Assembly (NCBI GenBank): GCA_017541035.1
Contig: JAFXZW010000023.1
Coordinates: forward strand, 116-64,115
DNA: 64,000 nt
Source of the DNA: Eubacterium sp.
GTDB lineage: Bacteria; Bacillota; Clostridia; Lachnospirales; Lachnospiraceae
Direction: 5' to 3'
Shown: positions 57,542 through 64,000 of the stretch, in pieces
Numbering within the stretch: the first letter of the stretch is position 1
How the letters are laid out: the number at the start of each line of letters is the position of its first letter
Notes under the pieces: generated by a model
What the model saw: only the letters and a program-made list of their open reading frames with translations
Databases searched by the model: none
Told to the model about the DNA's origin: nothing
Made by a program: the position numbers and the translations under genes

Positions 57542-59956
57542 ATGAAATACGGATATTTTGATGATGCAGCCAGAGAATATGTGATCGATCGTCCGGATAC
57601 CCCGGAAGCATGGGCCAATTACCTGGGTTCACCGGAGTATGGAGCCCTGATCTCCAACAATGCCGGCGGTTACAGCTTTGCCAAATCCGGAGCCAGCGGC
57701 CGGATCCTTCGATATCAGTTTAACAGCTTCGATCGACCGGGCCGGTACATTTATCTTCGTGACAATGAGACAAAGGACTACTGGTCGGCTTCCTGGCAGC
57801 CGGTAGGAAAGCCTCTTGACCTTTATAAGAGCGAATGCCGTCATGGTCTGGGCTATACTCTGATCAAGGCGGAATATGCCGAGATCGAGAGCAATGCCGC
57901 CTACTATGTTCCGAAGGATAAGGAATATGAGGTATGGGCTCTCACAGTGACCAACAAGTCCGATAAGCCCAGATCCCTTACGGTGACCGGCTATGCAGAG
58001 TTTACGAACAACAGCCATTATGAACAGGATCAGGTGAACCTGCAGTATTCGCTGTTCATTTCCAGAACTTACTTTGAGAAGAACCGGGTAATGCAGCAGA
58101 TCCACGGCAATCTGGATGCGTATCCGGAAGGTGTGCTGATGGACGGTAAGAAGGTGCTGGAGCGCTTCTTCGGTATGGCAAAGTCTGAAGTGGATTCCTG
58201 CTGCGGTGCGAAGGCGGACTTCTTCGGTGCATATCATGATTACCGGGATCCCCAGGGTGTAGCGGAGGGAAAGCTTTCCGGCGCCATGAATTACAACCAA
58301 AACTCCTGCGGCGGTTTGGCGACGGTTCTGGAGCTTGCTCCCGGTGAGACAAAGAAAGTGATCTTCCTTTTGGGAGAGAAGTACAGTGCAGAAGCTGCCG
58401 AAATCATCGCCAGGTACGATGTCGAAGAGGAGATCGTACAGAAGGAGCTCGATGAACTGAGAAGCTATTGGGAAAAGTATCTCAGTCGCTTTATCGTAAA
58501 GACACCCAGCGCTGAGTTTAACTCCATGATGAATGTATGGCATGCCTATAATTGTTTCATGACCTTTATCTGGTCCAGAGCGGCCTCCTTCATCTATTGC
58601 GGTCTTAGAAATGGATATGGTTATCGGGATACCGTGCAGGATATACAGGGTGTGATCCACCTGGCACCGGAAATGGCGGAGAAGCAGATCCGTTTTATGC
58701 TTTCGGCACAGGTTGATAACGGCGGCGGACTTCCGCTTGTAAAGTTTACACATAATGCAGGACATGAGGATACACCGGATGATCTCTCTTACGTACAGGA
58801 GACGGGACATCCCGCATACCGCGCAGATGATGCTCTTTGGCTTTTCCCCACGGTTTATAAATACATTACCGAAACCGGAAATCTTTCCTTCATCGATGAA
58901 GTGATTCCTTATGCGAATAAGGATGAAGGAACGGTCTATGATCACCTGAAGAGGGCCATTGATTTTACCATGAAGCATCTGGGCCCCCACGGTATGCCGG
59001 CCGGGCTTTACGCTGACTGGAACGACTGTCTGAGACTTGGTGCAAACGGCGAGTCTTCTTTCGTAGCCCTGCAGTTCGTCTATGCGCTGGATATCCTTAC
59101 GAAGTTCGCCGAGTATAAGAAGGATGATGCATATATTGCTTTCCTCACAGAAGAGAAGGATAAAATGAAGGCTCTCATTAATAAGATCTGCTGGGATGAG
59201 GACCGCTTTATCCGGGGATTTGCCGAGAATGGAACCGTAGTGGGAAGGAAGGCTGATCCGGAAGCAAATATGTGGCTGAATCCCCAGAGCTGGGCGGTTA
59301 TCTCCGGACAGGCTGATGAAGAACAGGCGCGTCTTGCCATGGATTCGGTATATCATATCCTGAATACAAAGTACGGCGCAATCCTTATGGATCCTCCGTT
59401 CCATGCACACGCCATCGATGGAGCGCTTGCTGTAGGCTACAATGCCGGAACCAAGGAGAACTCCGGGATCTTCTCCCAGACCCAGGGTTGGCTCATTCTG
59501 GCGGAGTCCCTGATGGGACACGGCAACCGTGCGTTTGAGTATTATATGGAGAACTGTCCGGCGGCCTTCAATGATCGTGCGGAGATCCGTCAGATGGAGC
59601 CTTATTGCTTCGGCCAGTTCACGGAAGGGAAGGCAAGCCCCTGCTTCGGTCAGTCTCATGTACACTGGCTGACGGGAACCGCCTCCACTGTGATGGTAGG
59701 CTGCGTGGAAGGTATCCTTGGGTTCCGTCCCGATTTCTACGGCCTGCACATTTCTCCGTCCATTCCGTCTGATTGGGATGGCTTTGAGATTGAAAAGGAG
59801 TTCCGAGGAAAGAAGCTTTCCATCAGGGTACTGAATCCGGAGCATAAGGAAACAGGTGTTAAGACACTTCTTTTGAACGGGAATGCGCTGGAGGGAGATT
59901 ATATCCCTGCAGATCTTCTGAATGATGAAAATGAGATATCCGTTACTCTTGGGTAA
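57542..59956 (+). CDS. GH94 phosphorylase, cellodextrin-phosphorylase-like
   Basis: YGYFDD..REYVI, FIWSRAASFIYCGLRNGYGYRDTVQDIQG, ADWNDCLRLG, HVHWLTGTAS match the Ruminococcus albus cellodextrin phosphorylase as I recall it; needs BLAST confirmation. Confidence 0.87.
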   Translation: MKYGYFDDAAREYVIDRPDTPEAWANYLGSPEYGALISNNAGGYSFAKSGASGRILRYQFNSFDRPGRYIYLRDNETKDYWSASWQPVGKPLDLYKSECRHGLGYTLIKAEYAEIESNAAYYVPKDKEYEVWALTVTNKSDKPRSLTVTGYAEFTNNSHYEQDQVNLQYSLFISRTYFEKNRVMQQIHGNLDAYPEGVLMDGKKVLERFFGMAKSEVDSCCGAKADFFGAYHDYRDPQGVAEGKLSGAMNYNQNSCGGLATVLELAPGETKKVIFLLGEKYSAEAAEIIARYDVEEEIVQKELDELRSYWEKYLSRFIVKTPSAEFNSMMNVWHAYNCFMTFIWSRAASFIYCGLRNGYGYRDTVQDIQGVIHLAPEMAEKQIRFMLSAQVDNGGGLPLVKFTHNAGHEDTPDDLSYVQETGHPAYRADDALWLFPTVYKYITETGNLSFIDEVIPYANKDEGTVYDHLKRAIDFTMKHLGPHGMPAGLYADWNDCLRLGANGESSFVALQFVYALDILTKFAEYKKDDAYIAFLTEEKDKMKALINKICWDEDRFIRGFAENGTVVGRKADPEANMWLNPQSWAVISGQADEEQARLAMDSVYHILNTKYGAILMDPPFHAHAIDGALAVGYNAGTKENSGIFSQTQGWLILAESLMGHGNRAFEYYMENCPAAFNDRAEIRQMEPYCFGQFTEGKASPCFGQSHVHWLTGTASTVMVGCVEGILGFRPDFYGLHISPSIPSDWDGFEIEKEFRGKKLSIRVLNPEHKETGVKTLLLNGNALEGDYIPADLLNDENEISVTLG

Positions 59957-59971
59957 TAATTGAGATAAAAT

Positions 59972-60023
59972 AAAAAAAACAGGGCGGCTGAACGGAGCAT
60001 TCCGGAATGCACCCTGTTTTTTT
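59972..60023. terminator. Symmetric intrinsic terminator
   Basis: A8-CAGGG ... CCCTG-T7 with internal GCATTCCGGAATGC palindrome. Confidence 0.7.
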
Positions 60024-60051
60024 GTACCGAAAAATGTGATGCTGAATTGAC

Positions 60052-60150
60052 GCAAACAATTGTGATGCAAACAATTGTGATGCAAACAATCGCGATGCAA
60101 ACAATCACGATGCAAACAATCGTTACGCAAACAATCGTGATGCAAACATT
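60052..60150. repeat. 15-bp-period array: GCAAACAAT x7 with variable 6-bp linkers
   Basis: Cores at 60052, 60067, 60082, 60097, 60112, 60127 and 60142 (last one GCAAACATT). Confidence 0.92.
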
Positions 60151-60363
60151 TCTAATACGAACAGCCCTGAGGCAAAAGACGGGTGTCTGAAGACAGAAAA
60201 TTACGATATTTCTCAGAAAATTGTAAGACAAGTCATTTAAACATAAAAAGAGAAATGAAAACTATATCTTTTCCTGCTCCGGGTATACTATAATCATCAT
60301 AGATTACCGGCCAGTAATGAAACGTAAAGGGTGTTTGCATGATAAAGAAAGGAATGGGGTAAA

Positions 60364-61665
60364 GTGAAAAAGAAGGGGTTAATTACGGCCGCATTATGCG
60401 TATTCGGTCTTTTGGGAGGCCTGGCAGCAGACGGAGCAAACAGGACAGAAGCAGCGTCTGCATGGAACGGAACACATTATAGTATGGACTTTGACTGGGA
60501 TGAACAGAGCAAATTCGAAAAGTCTAACTGGTCAAACGGAGACATGTTTGATTGTACCTGGAAGCCGGGAAATATTAAGTTTAATAACGGCCAGATGGCT
60601 ATCACGATTGACAGAGACTGGAGCGGTTACACTGCCGGAGAGTATCGTACAAAGGAATATTTTGGTTATGGCCTGTATCAGGTAAGCATGAAGCCGATCA
60701 AGAACCCCGGTGTGGTGTCCTCCTTCTTCACCTACACGGGACCGTCAGACGGAACCAAGTGGGATGAGATCGATATCGAGTTTCTTGGATATGATACTAC
60801 CAAGGTACAGTTCAATTATTACACAAATGGTGTGGCAAATCATGAGTATCTGTACAATCTTGGATTTGACGCATCACAGTCCTTTCACACTTATGGTTTT
60901 AACTGGTCTCAGGGTGCGATCACCTGGTATGTAGACGGAAAGGCTGTATACACGGCAACCCGTGATATCCCGAATACACCAGGCAAGATCATGATGAACG
61001 CCTGGCCGGGAAAGGGAGTGGATGACTGGCTTAGACCGTTTAACGGAAGAACAGGTCTGACTGCTTATTATGACTGGGCATCCTATGATTCTCCGTCTGC
61101 AACATCTTCTTCAAACACAAACAGTAATCAGAACAGTTACAGCCAGAATAACAACAATCAGAATAATAATCAGAATAATTACAATCAGAACAACAATTAT
61201 TCAAACAATAACCAGTCCGGCGGCGCAGCTTTTGATCGTAACAAGACCTACAAGCTGATCAATTTCAACAGTGGACTTGCTGTGGATGTTGAAGGTAACC
61301 GTCAGTATAACGGTGCGAATATCCTGCAGTATCAATATAAGGGATCAAATAACCAGAGATGGACCATTGAACAGCAGTCAAACGGTTATTACATTATTAA
61401 GAACAGATCTACAGGAAAGGTTCTTACCGTTCAGGACAATGCAAACTGGGACGGTGCTAATGTCTGTCAGTGGGATTATTACGGAAATGCGAGCCAGGAA
61501 TGGAAATTCGTTCAGGCAAAAAGCAATACCTATAAGATCGTAAACCGTGGCAGCGGTAAGTGTCTGAATATCTCCTGGGGAAGCAAAAATAACTGTGCGA
61601 ATATCGAGCAGTATAAGGATGCAAACAGTGATGCGGAATTATTCTGGATCGATGCGGCAAACTAA
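60364..61665 (+). CDS. Secreted GH16 beta-1,3-1,4-glucanase (lichenase) with N/Q-rich linker and ricin-type (CBM13-like) domain
   Basis: Signal peptide; [21 protein letters not shown] catalytic motif; QRW/QEW repeats. Confidence 0.92.
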   Translation: MKKKGLITAALCVFGLLGGLAADGANRTEAASAWNGTHYSMDFDWDEQSKFEKSNWSNGDMFDCTWKPGNIKFNNGQMAITIDRDWSGYTAGEYRTKEYFGYGLYQVSMKPIKNPGVVSSFFTYTGPSDGTKWDEIDIEFLGYDTTKVQFNYYTNGVANHEYLYNLGFDASQSFHTYGFNWSQGAITWYVDGKAVYTATRDIPNTPGKIMMNAWPGKGVDDWLRPFNGRTGLTAYYDWASYDSPSATSSSNTNSNQNSYSQNNNNQNNNQNNYNQNNNYSNNNQSGGAAFDRNKTYKLINFNSGLAVDVEGNRQYNGANILQYQYKGSNNQRWTIEQQSNGYYIIKNRSTGKVLTVQDNANWDGANVCQWDYYGNASQEWKFVQAKSNTYKIVNRGSGKCLNISWGSKNNCANIEQYKDANSDAELFWIDAAN

Positions 61666-61693
61666 TCATCCGGGATCCATTCTCTAAGTTAAA

Positions 61694-61724
61694 AACGCCC
61701 TGCACCTTTAAGATGCAGGGCGTT
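61694..61724. terminator. Stem-loop between convergent genes
   Basis: AACGCCCTGCA/TGCAGGGCGTT. Confidence 0.75.
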
Positions 61725-61727
61725 GAA

Positions 61728-62252
61728 TTATCCGAGAATCGATGATAAAACTTTTCTATTTTTGGGGTTAAAGCAATCCCCCAGGGCTGTTACCTTATCC
61801 GCAACGCACAGAATAACAGCTTCCTTTGAACGGGGTGCAGAGGACGAAAGAGGCCACATATGGCTTGTGATCGCCTGTATACTTTTCGGGTCGATATCAT
61901 TCCAAAGCTTTCGGGCTGTTATAGCGGAATTCTTCGGATGAAGCTGTCTGCACTCATGATTGTTTCGATACCTGTCATCGCGTCCGAGCATTCCCAGATC
62001 ATGCAGCAGGGAAATACGGACAACCTTACGCTCATCGATGCGGATTCCGGTTTTATTGATCATTTTGCACATTGTCAATCCGGCTCTTGCAGTTAGGATG
62101 GAATGATCACCGACAGACGAACGATGATGATGCTTTTGAGATAAGGCAATTTCAAATTCGCTGGATTTCAGTATATCGTTGCCGTATTTCCTGATCAGAA
62201 TATCATTTCTCTGATTTCTCCGCTCTTTACGCCGCATTTCTTTATTTCTCAA
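61728..62252 (-). CDS. Small HD-domain phosphohydrolase (start probably TTG 62252)
   Basis: SVGDHS, LLHDLG, HPKNS, SHMWP, VADK; AAAGGAG RBS. Confidence 0.8.
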   Translation of the reverse strand: MRNKEMRRKERRNQRNDILIRKYGNDILKSSEFEIALSQKHHHRSSVGDHSILTARAGLTMCKMINKTGIRIDERKVVRISLLHDLGMLGRDDRYRNNHECRQLHPKNSAITARKLWNDIDPKSIQAITSHMWPLSSSAPRSKEAVILCVADKVTALGDCFNPKNRKVLSSILG

Positions 62253-62471
62253 TCCCGGCTCTCCTTTCACGCGATGTGATGATCGAATCATGATCTGCAA
62301 ATCAAATAATAGTATATCCGCGGGATTTTTGCAATTTGTATTTTTTTTAGTACAATAATATGATGATAGGCTCAAAAGATCCGTGCGATGCGCTTGCGCA
62401 ATCGCACGAGACCTTACTTACACAAATTTCGTAATCATTTTGCACAGCAAAATGATGGGAGCCGTGAGTGT

Positions 62472-62540
62472 TCTCGCAGCACATTGCACACGTAGTTCTG
62501 CGAATCATCAAGGCAAAATACCTTTGGCCCCAGCATCATA
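62472..62540 (+). repeat. Dispersed repeat family B, copy 3
   Basis: Near-identical to the reverse complement of 10592-10667. Confidence 0.85.
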
Positions 62541-62558
62541 ATATAAATATTTGGTGTT

Positions 62559-63893
62559 CTACTGCGGGATGATGATTCCTCCGAAATATTCGGGGTTCCC
62601 GTTACTGTCACATAGTACAAATCCTCTTGGTTTAAGAATCACATAGGTTCCATCTGCCATTCGGGCCCGGTAACTGATAGAGTAAAGAATGGAATTACCT
62701 GTTAATACGGCAGTCACCACATCCTGGTATCGGTTTAAATCATCCGGATGTATATTATTCTCCCAGATTTTTTCAACATGATACATATATTCGGACGGAA
62801 GCCCAAAATCATTGATCAGGGAAAGGGACCATCTGGAGTAATCATACTTCAGGTCAGTCAGAAATATATATCCGTCTCCGGCGGTAGTATATAAAGCACC
62901 GAACAGGCTGTCCAGTGTGCGCCTTCTGTCATCCGGAATTGTTCGGGTTAAATTACTCGGCTTTTTTATGCTTCCCATTATAGTTCCGGACTTCAGCTCT
63001 TTTTTATTGTCATACATATGACCATCTGCCCGTTCAAAAACTTCATCATAGCTTTGATCAACTTCGGGATTAAAAACGCTCATACCGCATGCAACGACCG
63101 GACCGGATCTTGACCGGCAGTTGGCTTCGGATTCCTTTTTCAGCAGATCAAAAAGGAATTCGCGGTTTCGGTAATCGTCACCTGAGAGAATCACGACAAA
63201 TTCGTCTCCCCCGATTCGATAGATCAGACTCTTCTTGAATGCTTCACAGATCATACGACAGGTTCTTTGTATGGTTTCATCTCCAAAGCAATGACCACGT
63301 GTATCGTTAATAAGCTTCAGATCATTTATGTCACACATGATCACGCCAAACTCACAATCAGGGTCCTTCGCCGTGATCATGTCATCAATGATATTAACAT
63401 GCTCCGTGTAGGCGTTTTTATTTTTTATCCCTGTTAATTCATCAAGTCTGGCCAGGCGTTCATTGGATTTGAAAATCCGTTCCTGTTCTTCTGTTTCACG
63501 ATATTGAGATTCAATATTTTTTATACAGCCGAGTATATGTTTGTTATCCTCACACATTATACTGATATGGCAGATATGTACAATCTGGCCGCCCAGTATA
63601 AATCTGCAAACGATCAGACTGGAATTGTTTTCTGTAAGCTTCTTACGGAGAGCCTCTTTATTTATAAGCTGCAAAACGTAATCCAGATCATCCGGATGTA
63701 CAATTCTTTTAGCCTGATCGGATAAAAAGGCAAAGAAATCCGTCCCCTGTTCCGGAAGGTTTAATTCATTCAGCATCTGAGAATGAAAGAACTCAATGAA
63801 GCTGTCAGATTCCATATCCACGTAATACATACTATCAAAGTGTTTAGCAAGAGTAGTTGCAACCTGTCCGAATGCTACCTGATCAATATTCAT
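62559..63893 (-). CDS. Diguanylate cyclase with PAS-like domains (PAS-GGDEF-PAS)
   Basis: AGGAGG RBS; VHPDD, DELTGIKN, intact RIGGDEF, IHPDDL. Confidence 0.9.
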   Translation of the reverse strand: MNIDQVAFGQVATTLAKHFDSMYYVDMESDSFIEFFHSQMLNELNLPEQGTDFFAFLSDQAKRIVHPDDLDYVLQLINKEALRKKLTENNSSLIVCRFILGGQIVHICHISIMCEDNKHILGCIKNIESQYRETEEQERIFKSNERLARLDELTGIKNKNAYTEHVNIIDDMITAKDPDCEFGVIMCDINDLKLINDTRGHCFGDETIQRTCRMICEAFKKSLIYRIGGDEFVVILSGDDYRNREFLFDLLKKESEANCRSRSGPVVACGMSVFNPEVDQSYDEVFERADGHMYDNKKELKSGTIMGSIKKPSNLTRTIPDDRRRTLDSLFGALYTTAGDGYIFLTDLKYDYSRWSLSLINDFGLPSEYMYHVEKIWENNIHPDDLNRYQDVVTAVLTGNSILYSISYRARMADGTYVILKPRGFVLCDSNGNPEYFGGIIIPQ

Positions 63894-64000
63894 TCATTTA
63901 ACCTCCTAGTTTCAAATTATGTCCCCTGACTTTTAGTATACCATACAGGTCATAGATCATGCTACATGTATCTTGGTGTTCCTTGTTAAACGTGAAATGT

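Noticed and set aside
57629-60145. Long antisense ORFs (also 40760-42787, 36946-38514, 5684-6925)
   Set aside because: They are in-register shadows of well-supported genes and have no protein motifs.
60052-60150. Possible mini-CRISPR or coding Cys-rich repeat (CLHRD/CITIV in minus-strand ORFs)
   Set aside because: Linkers are only 6 bp. The ORFs are shadows of the GH94 gene or lack an RBS.

Overview
A 64-kb chromosomal window from a Clostridia-type (Bacillota) anaerobe. Gene content and order suggest Lachnospiraceae, possibly rumen or gut; this is inference. From left to right: (1) three tRNA genes (Ser-GCT, Asn-GTT, Cys-GCA) with duplicated, hairpin-rich spacers; (2) a PAS-GGDEF-EAL gene overlapping a two-subunit cytoplasmic Cys-type formate dehydrogenase operon; (3) a Mo/W-cofactor and molybdate-uptake cluster (moeA, mobA-mobB fusion, moeA-like, moaC, modABC, moaA, MOSC-MogA fusion) with no moaD/moaE/moeB/fdhD; (4) a second GGDEF-EAL gene and nfnAB; (5) a housekeeping block from murJ to ftsH, lacking the yabP/yabQ/spoIIE/hpt genes usually found there; (6) an accessory block (GGDEF-EAL, DinB/LysR, GNAT, M15 peptidase lipoprotein, secreted helical protein, two-component pair, tyrosine phosphatase); (7) laminaribiose-phosphorylase-like and cellodextrin-phosphorylase-like GH94 genes plus a GH16 lichenase, followed by an HD protein and a GGDEF protein. 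No CRISPR, integrase or transposase was seen. The most interesting signals are a possible MoaD/MoaE-independent molybdopterin route, a phosphorolytic mixed-linkage beta-glucan pathway, several families of structured intergenic repeats, and tandem arrays upstream of genes or promoters. All family calls are from motif recognition and recalled sequences; no searches were run.
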